Virus record (IMG/VR): IMGVR_UViG_2778261231_000016
Coordinates: 1 to 19,641 of that record
Source of the DNA: a virus
Taxonomy: Duplodnaviria > Heunggongvirae > Uroviricota > Caudoviricetes
DNA length: 19,641 nucleotides
Reading direction: 5' to 3' (one strand)
This document shows, piece after piece, positions 8,759-16,565 of this stretch. The first letter of the stretch is position 1; every line of letters begins with the position of its first letter. The notes below the pieces were generated by a model that was not told the origin of the DNA, searched no databases, and saw only the letters and a list, made by a program, of their open reading frames with translations. Both the position numbers and the translations under genes were made by a program.

Positions 8759-8810
8759 TTGACGTATCAAATATTGGATCGTAGTATCTCGATGTATCAA
8801 ATATTGAATC
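8759..8810 (+). promoter_or_regulatory. Rightward lytic-type sigma70 promoter overlapping duplicated 17-bp operator-like repeats
   Basis: Seen: -35 TTGACG (8759-8764), 17-bp spacer, -10 TAGTAT (8782-8787). Direct repeats GTATCAAATATTGGATC (8764-8780) and GTATCAAATATTGAATC (8794-8810) lie 30 bp apart centre to centre, the first occupying the promoter spacer. Also tandem ATAAAACGA at 8813-8821 and 8823-8831. Confidence 0.55.
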
Positions 8811-8865
8811 AAATAAAACGAGATAAAACGACGTAAACCAAACCTTAATCGGGAGATACTGCACT

Positions 8866-9108
8866 ATGAGCACTGATATTTCAATTCGTGTACCAAAAGA
8901 GATGGCTACGCCTGCAGAGTTCGCGGAATGGGAAGGTATCTCCCGCGGCTCTGTGTATCAAAAAATTCATCATGGTCAGCTTGCTAAATACATGGTCAAG
9001 AAAGAAAAAAACAAAGGCCGCGTAAGCCTGCGTTATTTAATGTACAAAACCGATCAGGTCCGTGAATCCCTCGGTCATTCCAACTTCCGCGTCATTGTTG
9101 GTAAGTAA
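8866..9108 (+). CDS. Small HTH protein in the apl/cox position (putative excisionase / lytic-switch regulator, 80 aa)
   Basis: Seen: first gene downstream of the rightward promoter and divergent from cI; excisionase-like HTH segment TPAEFAEWEGISRGSVYQKIHHGQL; RBS GGGAGA upstream. Assignment by position and motif only. Confidence 0.45.
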   Translation: MSTDISIRVPKEMATPAEFAEWEGISRGSVYQKIHHGQLAKYMVKKEKNKGRVSLRYLMYKTDQVRESLGHSNFRVIVGK

Positions 9109-9140
9109 GTTCAATTATGAGAACTTTCTAAGGGGGTAGC

Positions 9141-9485
9141 ATGTTTGATTATAAGATTTCCAAACACCCGCATTTTGATGAAGCCTGTAGAGCTTTTGCA
9201 CTTCGTCACAATATGGCGAAGCTGGCAGAACGTTCAGGAATGAATGTCCAGACTCTGCGAAACAAACTCAACCCAGATCAACCGCATCAGCTCAATGCGC
9301 CAGATATCTGGCTACTTACCGATCTGACGGAAGATTCAACGCTGGTAGACGGTTTTCTGGCACAGATTCACTGCCTGCCATGTGTACCGATTAATGAGGT
9401 GGCAAAAGAGAAACTGCCACATTACGTCATGAGTGCAACCGCAGAGATCGGGCGTGTTGCTGCAGGTGCGGTACCGGTTTTCTAA
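9141..9485 (+). CDS. cII: Phage CII-family regulatory protein, apparently C-terminally truncated (114 aa)
   Basis: Seen: RBS AAGGGGG before ATG; N-terminal region MFDYKISKHPHFDEACRAFALRHNMAKLAERSGMNVQTLRNKLNP matches my recollection of 186-type CII proteins. Those are ~165-170 aa by memory, and here the ORF stops right at the junction with the tail-fibre stub. Confidence 0.65.
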   Translation: MFDYKISKHPHFDEACRAFALRHNMAKLAERSGMNVQTLRNKLNPDQPHQLNAPDIWLLTDLTEDSTLVDGFLAQIHCLPCVPINEVAKEKLPHYVMSATAEIGRVAAGAVPVF

Positions 9486-9871
9486 AATATAACGGAGCGT
9501 CATTCAACAAGGCAATGTATCCCAAACTTGCACAAATTTTCCCGTCAGGAGTATTACTTGATTTGCGCGGCGTATTTATTCGAGGCTGGGATGATGGAAA
9601 AGGGATTGATGCCGGGCGTGCAATACTGACACAGCAGCAGGATGCCCAGCAAAATATCACCGGCATGGTTTCTGATATGACAGTCGGCGTAAATGCTGAC
9701 GGAACAGGTGCATTTAGTATGGTCGATTTAACTACATCAGGCATTTCGGCAGGTGCACTAAATTCTTTTTATCAAAAGCATATTTATCTGGATTCCTCCA
9801 GAGTGGTCAGAACGGCAACTGAAAACCGTCCGGTAAATATCGCATTCAACTACATTGTGAGGGCTGCATAA
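9486..9871 (+). pseudogene. Tail-fibre (H-like) C-terminal remnant, 5'-truncated
   Basis: Seen: frame is open from just after the cII stop; translation contains the tail-fibre collar-like motif ...NGASFNKAMYPKLAQIF...LRGVFIRGWDDGKGIDAGRA...; no N-terminal fibre domain or proper start; stop overlaps the G start (TAATG at 9869-9873). Confidence 0.65.
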
Positions 9872-10458
9872 TGATGAACGCAGATTTAGCCATTTTAGAG
9901 AACGGTATTGCGACAACCGCCGGATGGATAACGATATATAACTATTCGGCGGTTACAGGTGAATATCTTGACAGCAACAGTGAATACATTCCAGAAGGTG
10001 TTGGATTGCCTGCGCTGGCAACAGATATTGAACCGCCGAACAGACCGGACGGTCAGGCTGTTATCTGGCAGGGTTCGTGGATACTGATGGATGACTGGCG
10101 GGGTGAAACGGTTTATTCCATTTTTGATGGTTCTGCCAGTATCGTGGATTACCTCGGGGCAATCGCAGAGGGATATACACAACAGAAACCCGCAACCCGT
10201 TTTGATAAATGGGATGGTAAGCAGTGGGTGACTGATACTGACGCGCGAAATACGGAAGCTGTTGCAGTTTCTACGCAACAGAAAGCTGCATTGCTGGCTG
10301 AAGCCACCGCGACCATAGCACCGCTTCAGGATGCAAAAGACGGAGGTTATATTGATGATGCTGATATTCCGATGTTGATTTCTTGGCAAAAATATCGCTA
10401 CGCGCTGACTAAAGTTAATCCTAAAACTCCTGTTTGGCCCAGCAAACCAAGTGTATAA
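9871..10458 (+). CDS. Tail-fibre assembly protein (P2 G-like, 195 aa)
   Basis: Seen: start overlaps the upstream fibre stop as in P2 H/G; 195-aa product in the expected position before the G-FI accessory slot. Similarity to gpG-type chaperones judged by eye. Confidence 0.8.
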   Translation: MMNADLAILENGIATTAGWITIYNYSAVTGEYLDSNSEYIPEGVGLPALATDIEPPNRPDGQAVIWQGSWILMDDWRGETVYSIFDGSASIVDYLGAIAEGYTQQKPATRFDKWDGKQWVTDTDARNTEAVAVSTQQKAALLAEATATIAPLQDAKDGGYIDDADIPMLISWQKYRYALTKVNPKTPVWPSKPSV

Positions 10459-10470
10459 ATGGTAATATAA

Positions 10471-10505
10471 AAGGCAGTTCACTCTATGATGAACTGCCTT
10501 TTATA
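10471..10505. terminator. Bidirectional stem-loop between convergent G and the 110-aa cargo ORF
   Basis: Seen: AAGGCAGTTCA (10471-10481), 8-nt loop, TGAACTGCCTT (10490-10500), followed by TTTAT on the plus strand and TTATATT on the minus strand. Confidence 0.6.
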
Positions 10506-10524
10506 ACGAGCATCAAAATATAGA

Positions 10525-10857
10525 TTATTTACCAAACAAAGAAACTATGTTGACTGCGACTGTGGTGATATCAGTCGCAGGTTTTAGCCATTTACTGATT
10601 TCATACTTGTCAAGGATTGAAGGGTACTCACTTGCTTCAACTGTTTTCAATTGATGTGCCGCTTGATTAATGTTTTCAAGTGGCGCGCCGGGAATGAAAT
10701 TTTCTTCTAGAAAGCTTTTTTGGCTTTCATATATTGATATCGCCTCGCCATTTCCAGAAAAAGTAGTTTCTTTAAAAACTAACTCTGTACACTCTGGTGC
10801 TCGAACTCCAATCGTATTATTAATAAAAGTACAACCCTCGAAAGTATGCTTACCCAT
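10525..10857 (-). CDS. Hypothetical protein (110 aa), AT-rich cargo in the G-FI (P2 Z/fun-equivalent) slot
   Basis: Seen: ATG at 10855-10857, stop followed by the stem-loop above; opposite orientation to all flanking late genes; markedly lower GC than neighbours; no recognisable motif, no signal peptide or obvious TM segment. Confidence 0.6.
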   Translation of the reverse strand: MGKHTFEGCTFINNTIGVRAPECTELVFKETTFSGNGEAISIYESQKSFLEENFIPGAPLENINQAAHQLKTVEASEYPSILDKYEISKWLKPATDITTVAVNIVSLFGK

Positions 10858-11032
10858 TTTTAGATTTTACCTTGGTTGCGTAGTGAAACCATTAGTTTAC
10901 ATCTTTCACCAGTAGCAATAAAAATGATGGTTAAGAATTGAGACGAGTATCACTGAACTATACATGCTGACCAAAGGAACCTTTCAAAGAATTTAAATGC
11001 GCTGCTAACGATCATTTTTCGTCAATATCAAT

Positions 11033-11050
11033 TGTGCTATTTCCCACACA
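11033..11050 (+). promoter_or_regulatory. Candidate Ogr-dependent late-promoter element (TGT-N12-ACA) upstream of the FI operon
   Basis: Seen: TGTGCTATTTCCCACACA at 11033-11050, ~75 nt upstream of the FI ATG. Established: P2 late promoters carry a TGT-N12-ACA dyad centred near -55 recognised by Ogr. Single motif match, so moderate confidence. Confidence 0.45.
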
Positions 11051-11124
11051 TAGCCCACTACGTGCGCCGCGTGCATATCAACCAGAACATAGGCACACCC
11101 CCTGTAAACCGGAGAGACTGCCTT

Positions 11125-12297
11125 ATGGCTCAGGATTACCACCACGGGGTGCGCGTTGTTGAAATCAACGAGGGCACCCGATCCATTACCACGGTGAGCA
11201 CCGCCATCGTGGGCATGGTCTGCACCGGCGATGATGCTGATGCGTCCATGTTTCCCCTCAATAAGCCGGTCCTGCTGACCGATGTGCTGACTGCCAGCGG
11301 TAAAGCGGGCGAGTCCGGCACGCTGGCCCGTTCGCTGGATGCGATTGCAGACCAGGCTAAACCCGTGACCGTCGTTGTGCGCGTGGCACAGGGCGAAACC
11401 GAAGCGGAAACAACCTCCAACATTATCGGCGGCGTAACTGCTGACGGTAAAAAAACGGGTATGAAAGCGCTGCTTTCGGCGCAGTCGCAGTTGGGCGTCA
11501 AGCCGCGCATTCTCGGCGTGCCGGGGCATGACACGCAAGCGGTTGCCACTGAGCTGCTGAGCGTGGCGCAGAGCCTGCGCGGGTTTGCCTACCTGTCCGC
11601 TTATGGCTGCAAAACGGTAGAAGAAGCGATTGCCTACCGTGACAATTTCAGCCAGCGCGAGGGGATGCTGATCTGGCCTGACTTCATCAACTTTGACACC
11701 GTGCTGAATGCCGACGCGACGGCTTACGCCTCCGCCCGTGCGCTCGGCCTGCGCGCCAAAATTGACGAGCAGACCGGCTGGCACAAAACCCTGTCCAACG
11801 TGGGCGTGAACGGCGTTACCGGCATTTCCGCTGATGTGTTCTGGGATCTGCAGGACCCGGCAACCGATGCGGGACTACTGAACCAGAACGACGTCACCAC
11901 GCTTATCCGCAAAGATGGCTTCCGCTTCTGGGGTTCCCGCTGCCTCAGTGACGATCCTCTGTTTGCCTTTGAGAACTACACCCGCACGGCGCAGGTGCTG
12001 GCTGACACCATCGCAGAAGCGCACATGTGGGCGGTGGATGGCGTACTCAACCCGTCGCTGGCCCGTGACATTATCGAAGGTATTCGGGCCAAGCTGTGCA
12101 GCCTGAAAACACAGGGCTACATCATCGGCGCAGACTGCTGGCTGGATGAGTCGGTGAACGATAAAGACTCCCTGAAAGCCGGGAAACTCACTATCGACTA
12201 CGACTACACGCCGGTGCCGCCGCTTGAAAACCTGATGCTGCGCCAGCGCATCACCGATCAGTACCTGCTGGATTTCTCCAGCCAGGTCAGCGCGTAA
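11125..12297 (+). CDS. Contractile tail sheath protein (P2 FI homologue, 390 aa)
   Basis: Seen: RBS GGAGAG 8 nt upstream; N-terminus [35 protein letters not shown] closely matches P2 FI (MSDYHHGVQVLEINEGTR...). The ORF-track start at 11032 is an upstream in-frame extension I do not believe. Confidence 0.95.
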   Translation: MAQDYHHGVRVVEINEGTRSITTVSTAIVGMVCTGDDADASMFPLNKPVLLTDVLTASGKAGESGTLARSLDAIADQAKPVTVVVRVAQGETEAETTSNIIGGVTADGKKTGMKALLSAQSQLGVKPRILGVPGHDTQAVATELLSVAQSLRGFAYLSAYGCKTVEEAIAYRDNFSQREGMLIWPDFINFDTVLNADATAYASARALGLRAKIDEQTGWHKTLSNVGVNGVTGISADVFWDLQDPATDAGLLNQNDVTTLIRKDGFRFWGSRCLSDDPLFAFENYTRTAQVLADTIAEAHMWAVDGVLNPSLARDIIEGIRAKLCSLKTQGYIIGADCWLDESVNDKDSLKAGKLTIDYDYTPVPPLENLMLRQRITDQYLLDFSSQVSA

Positions 12298-12306
12298 GGG
12301 GACACC

Positions 12307-12822
12307 ATGGCTTTACCACGCAAGTTAAAACACCTGAACCTGTTCAACGACGGGAACAACTGGCAGGGGATCGTTGAGTCTCTGACCCTGCCGAAATTCA
12401 CCCGCAAGTTTGAGAAGTATCGCGGCGGCGGTATGCCGGGCGCGGTGGACGTGGACATGGGGCTGGATGACGGCGCACTGGACACGGAATTTTCAATCGG
12501 CGGCACCGAACTGCTGTTATTTAAGCAGATGGGCAAGGCCACGGTTGACGGAATCCAGCTGCGTTTCACCGGCTCCATTCAGCGTGACGATACCGGCGAA
12601 GTGCAGGCCGTTGAGCTGGTTGTGCGCGGGCGTCATAAAGAAGTGGATTCCGGCGAGTGGAAAACCGGCGAGAGCAGCACCACCAAAGTCAGCAGCACCA
12701 ACAGCTACGCGAAGCTGACCATTAACGGCGAAGTGCTCTATGAGGTCGATCTGGTCAACATGGTTGAAATCGTTGACGGCGTGGACCTGATGGAAGAACA
12801 CCGTAACGCCCTCGGCCTCTGA
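12307..12822 (+). CDS. Tail tube protein (P2 FII homologue, 171 aa)
   Basis: Seen: immediately follows FI with RBS AAGGGG; size and position as P2 FII. Confidence 0.93.
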   Translation: MALPRKLKHLNLFNDGNNWQGIVESLTLPKFTRKFEKYRGGGMPGAVDVDMGLDDGALDTEFSIGGTELLLFKQMGKATVDGIQLRFTGSIQRDDTGEVQAVELVVRGRHKEVDSGEWKTGESSTTKVSSTNSYAKLTINGEVLYEVDLVNMVEIVDGVDLMEEHRNALGL

Positions 12823-12876
12823 TTAACCTTAACGGCGCGGGAAGCCGCGCCAGTATTTCATTAACAGGAAACGAAC

Positions 12877-13179
12877 ATGAGCGACAAGCTGACTGAAAAG
12901 ACCGTAAAACTGGATACCCCCATCATGCGCGGTAAAACTGAAATTACCGAAATTGTGCTGCGCAAGCCGCAGTCCGGCGCACTGCGTGGCACCCGTCTGC
13001 AGGCCATTATGGATATGGACGTGGGCGCGATGATGACTGTGATCCCGCGAATCTCCACTCCGACGCTGACCGCGCAGGAAATGGCAGAGCTGGACCCCGC
13101 CGATCTGACAGCAATGGCTGTAGAGGTGGTGACTTTTTTGTTGCCGAAGTCGGTGCTTGCCGATTTGCCGACAACCTGA
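12877..13179 (+). CDS. Tail assembly chaperone (P2 E homologue, zero-frame product, 100 aa)
   Basis: Seen: RBS AGGAAA; position between the tube and tape-measure genes; contains the slippery heptamer TTTTTTG (13135-13141) near its 3' end. Confidence 0.85.
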   Translation: MSDKLTEKTVKLDTPIMRGKTEITEIVLRKPQSGALRGTRLQAIMDMDVGAMMTVIPRISTPTLTAQEMAELDPADLTAMAVEVVTFLLPKSVLADLPTT

Positions 13180-13313
13180 CGGTTGATGATCTGGTGGCAG
13201 ATATTGCCACCATCTTTCACTGGTCGCCGTCCATCACTGACGTTATGCCGCTGACTGAGGTGCTGGAATGGCGGCATAAGGCAATTCAGCGAAGCGGGGC
13301 CAGCGATGAGTGA
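12877..13313 (+). CDS. E+E' fusion made by programmed -1 frameshift at TTTTTTG (about 13135-13141); E' frame ends at TGA 13311-13313
   Basis: Seen: the -1 frame after the slippery site is open to 13313 and overlaps the tape-measure start (13306). Established: the P2 FETUD operon makes E+E' by -1 frameshifting at this kind of site. The exact shift codon is not determinable by eye. Confidence 0.65.
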
Positions 13314-16083
13314 TAATAACCTGCGTCTGCAGGTGGTTTTGGGGGCGGTTGACAAGTTAACCCGCCCTTTTAAAAATGCCCAGGCTGGCTCAAAAGAGCT
13401 GGCAGCGGCAATCCGGCAGACCCGCGACCAGCTTAAGCAACTGAGCGATGCGGGAGGCCAGTTAAAATCCTTCGACCAGCTATCGCAAAGCGTGCGCCGT
13501 ACAGGTGCAGAGCTGGATCAGACGAGACTGCGCGCGCAGATGATGACGCGCGAAATGTCATCTTTGGAATCCCCAACAAAAAAACAAACTCAGGCGCTTG
13601 AAGCTCAGTGGCGTGCTGTTGCACGTCTTGAGCAAAAGCAGAAACAGGAAACAAACCAGCTATCTGCAGTAAGGGGGGAGCTTTACAGGCTGGGGTTATC
13701 TGCTGGGGGCGGAGCGCGGGAAACCGCCAGAATTACCCGTGAAACTGAGAAGTATAACCAGAAGCTGGCAGAGCAGGAGCGCAGGCTGCGCGAGGTTGGC
13801 GAGCGTCAGCGAAAGCTCAACGCTATCAAAGCCAAGGCTGAAAAGACCCGTGAGTTAAGGAACTCTCTGGCAGGTAATGGTGCAGGGGAGATGGCGGCTG
13901 GGGTAGCTACTGGCATGACGTTATTGGCTCCAGTAAAAGCCTATTCTGAATCTGAAAATGCCGCTAATCAGCTCGCCGGTTCAATGATGGGGCCGGGCGG
14001 AAAGGTCGCACCTGAATTTGAGAAAATTAACCAGCTGGCGGTAGCGCTTGGAGACAGGCTGCCGGGAACCACTGCAGATTTCCAGAACATGATGACAATG
14101 CTGCGTCGTCAGGGGATGTCAGCACAGGTCATTCTTGGCGGGCTGGGGGAATCGGCGGCTTATCTGGGGGTGCAGTTGCAGATGGCTCCCACTGCTGCGG
14201 CTGAGTTTGCCGCAAAATTGCAGGATGCAACACAGACCTCAGAAAAAGACATGATGAGCCTGATGGATCTGATCCAGAAGGGTTTTTATGCCGGTGTTGA
14301 CTCAGGGAATATGCTGCAGGGATTTTCTAATATCAGCAGCGCCATGAGCATTATTAATCAAAAAGGGATTGAAGCAGCTAAAACTTTTGCTCCGTTGCTG
14401 GTGATGGCTGATCAGAGCGGGATGGCTGGTGAGTCTGCAGGTAATGCTTACCGAAAAATTTTCCAGGCAGCGCTGGATTCAAAAAATATTCAGTCAGTCA
14501 ACGACGATCTGAAAGGCACCGGTATCAACTTCAATTTTTCCAATGGTAAAGGTGGATTCGGCGGGCTGGAAAATATGTACGCCCAGCTGGAAAAGCTTAG
14601 TAAGCTCAACGATGAAACCCGGATGGCAACGATTAAGGATCTGTTCGGTAATGATGCGGAAGTCATGAAAGTCCTTAACACCATGATTGAAAAAGGTATT
14701 AATGGATATCGTGAAACTACCGCCAAACTTGAAAATCAGGCTTCACTGCGGGAACGCGTCGATGCGTCCCTGAATACCCTGGGTAATAAATGGGAAGCCG
14801 CTACAGGTTCCTTTACCAATGCTATGGCTAGTATCGGTGAAACAGTTGCCCCAACATTAAAGAAGCTGGCTGACTGGTTGGGTGAACTGGCTTCGCGTCT
14901 GGATGGTTTTGTTAAACGACACCCACAATTGACCTCAGCGCTGTTTAAGCTGGCAGCTGGCTTTGCCATTGTTGCCACCGCCGCTGGGGTTGTTTCACTG
15001 GCGCTGGCGTCCGTGTTAGGGCCGATGGCAGTAGTGCGAATGAGCGCAGGGGTGATGGAGCTAAAATTTTCATCTGCATTTGGTCTTATTGGGAAAGCAA
15101 TCAGTTCTGTTGGCAAGTCAGTTATATGGCTGGGCCGATTGATGTTTGCAAATCCTATACTGGCTGTCATTGGGCTGATCGCCGCTGGTGCTATTTATAT
15201 CTGGCAGAACTGGGACACGCTTGGACCAAAATTCAAGGCAATGTGGGATGCCGTATGTAATGCCACAAGTACGGCATGGGATTGGATTAAAGAGAAGGCC
15301 AGCGCCGCATGGGAGGGGATTAAGTCACTGTTCTTTAATTATACCTTGCCGGGATTAATAGCTAAAAATTGGGATGCAATAAAAACTGGCGTTTCTGAAG
15401 CGTGGGCCAATATCAGACAATCTATTAGTGATAAATGGAATTCGATCCTGGCTGATGTTGCCGCGCTTCCTGCGAAGTTTCAGGACATGGGCAGCGCCAT
15501 TATTGACAGCATTCTCGATGGAATTAATGCCAAATGGGAGACACTCAAAAGCAAGCTTTCCTCAGTCACAGATTATCTGCCTGACTGGATGACCGGAAAT
15601 AATAAAACACAAGACAAAGCACAGGTGCAGGTGGTTGGTGGAGCAGCGGCTGCTGCCGTTCCGTTTGCCGGGATGTATGACAGTGGTGGGATTATTCCGC
15701 GCGGTCAGTTCGGTATTGTTGGAGAGAACGGCCCTGAAATTGTGAACGGCCCCGCAAATGTGACCAGCAGGCGGCGCACTGCCGCGCTGGCTTCCGTCGT
15801 TGCAGGTGTCATGGGCGTAGCGGCAGCGCCTGCAGAGGCTGCTCCACTACATCCTTACAGTCTGCCTACTGTGGCATATAAACAAAGCCAGCCTGCGAAA
15901 TCTGCCAGCGCGCCGCCAGTGATGCACTTTGAAACTCACGCGCCGATCACTATCTATGCTCAGCCAGGGCAGAGTGCACATGATATTGCCCGTGAAGTTG
16001 CCCGACAGCTTGACGAACGCGAGCGCAAGACCAGGGCTAAAGCACGCAGTAATTTCAGTGATCAAGGGGGATATGAATCATGA
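13306..16083 (+). CDS. Tail tape measure protein (P2 T homologue, 925 aa)
   Basis: Seen: long coiled-coil-rich N-terminal half (Q/E/R/K/A-rich), hydrophobic central segments; located between E/E' and U; stop overlaps the U start. Confidence 0.95.
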   Translation: MSDNNLRLQVVLGAVDKLTRPFKNAQAGSKELAAAIRQTRDQLKQLSDAGGQLKSFDQLSQSVRRTGAELDQTRLRAQMMTREMSSLESPTKKQTQALEAQWRAVARLEQKQKQETNQLSAVRGELYRLGLSAGGGARETARITRETEKYNQKLAEQERRLREVGERQRKLNAIKAKAEKTRELRNSLAGNGAGEMAAGVATGMTLLAPVKAYSESENAANQLAGSMMGPGGKVAPEFEKINQLAVALGDRLPGTTADFQNMMTMLRRQGMSAQVILGGLGESAAYLGVQLQMAPTAAAEFAAKLQDATQTSEKDMMSLMDLIQKGFYAGVDSGNMLQGFSNISSAMSIINQKGIEAAKTFAPLLVMADQSGMAGESAGNAYRKIFQAALDSKNIQSVNDDLKGTGINFNFSNGKGGFGGLENMYAQLEKLSKLNDETRMATIKDLFGNDAEVMKVLNTMIEKGINGYRETTAKLENQASLRERVDASLNTLGNKWEAATGSFTNAMASIGETVAPTLKKLADWLGELASRLDGFVKRHPQLTSALFKLAAGFAIVATAAGVVSLALASVLGPMAVVRMSAGVMELKFSSAFGLIGKAISSVGKSVIWLGRLMFANPILAVIGLIAAGAIYIWQNWDTLGPKFKAMWDAVCNATSTAWDWIKEKASAAWEGIKSLFFNYTLPGLIAKNWDAIKTGVSEAWANIRQSISDKWNSILADVAALPAKFQDMGSAIIDSILDGINAKWETLKSKLSSVTDYLPDWMTGNNKTQDKAQVQVVGGAAAAAVPFAGMYDSGGIIPRGQFGIVGENGPEIVNGPANVTSRRRTAALASVVAGVMGVAAAPAEAAPLHPYSLPTVAYKQSQPAKSASAPPVMHFETHAPITIYAQPGQSAHDIAREVARQLDERERKTRAKARSNFSDQGGYES

Positions 16084-16565
16084 TGATGGTGCTGGGGTTA
16101 TATGTCTTTATGCTGCGTACAGTGCCATATCAGGAGCTGCAGTATCAGCGAAGCTGGCGACACGCCGCCAACAGTCGGGTGAACCGGCGACCATCAACGC
16201 AGTTTCTTGGCCCGGGTAATGACTCGCTGACCTTATCTGGCGTACTGCTGCCGGAAGTCACCGGGGGCAGGCTGTCATTGCTCGCGCTGGAGCAAATGGC
16301 AGAGCTGGGCAAAGCATGGCCTCTGATTGAGGGAAGCGGGACCATTTACGGCATGTTTGTGATCGAGAGCCTGAGTCAGACAAAAACAGAGTTTTTTGAA
16401 AGCGGAATGCCTCGCCGTATTGAGTTTACGCTGACCCTGAAAAGGGTTGATGAGTCGCTGTCTGATATGTTCGGCAGTCTCAGCGATCAGCTCAGTAACC
16501 TGCAGGACTCTGCAACGTCTGCGATAGGTAATATTAAAAATACGGTTGGAGGGTTGCTGCAGTGA
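16080..16565 (+). CDS. Tail protein U homologue (161 aa)
   Basis: Seen: N-terminus MMMVLGLYVFMLRTVPYQELQ...LSLLALEQMAELGKAWPLIEGSGTIYGMFVIESL closely resembles P2 gpU; ATGATGATG start overlaps the T stop. Confidence 0.9.
   Translation: MMMVLGLYVFMLRTVPYQELQYQRSWRHAANSRVNRRPSTQFLGPGNDSLTLSGVLLPEVTGGRLSLLALEQMAELGKAWPLIEGSGTIYGMFVIESLSQTKTEFFESGMPRRIEFTLTLKRVDESLSDMFGSLSDQLSNLQDSATSAIGNIKNTVGGLLQ

Noticed and set aside
9895-10482. 195-aa minus-strand ORF
   Set aside because: Lies entirely antisense within the tail-fibre assembly gene (9871..10458); Cys/Arg-rich, low-complexity translation typical of an antisense frame; no RBS or homology. Treated as spurious.
11032-11124. N-terminal extension of FI from the ORF-track start at 11032
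   Set aside because: The P2 FI N-terminus aligns from MAQDYHHG at 11125, which has a good RBS; the upstream extension would cover the candidate late promoter.
11005-11784. 259-aa minus-strand ORF (and the nested 137-aa ORF at 11136..11549)
   Set aside because: Antisense to the strongly conserved tail sheath gene FI; GC-rich antisense frames commonly stay open. No support as a gene.
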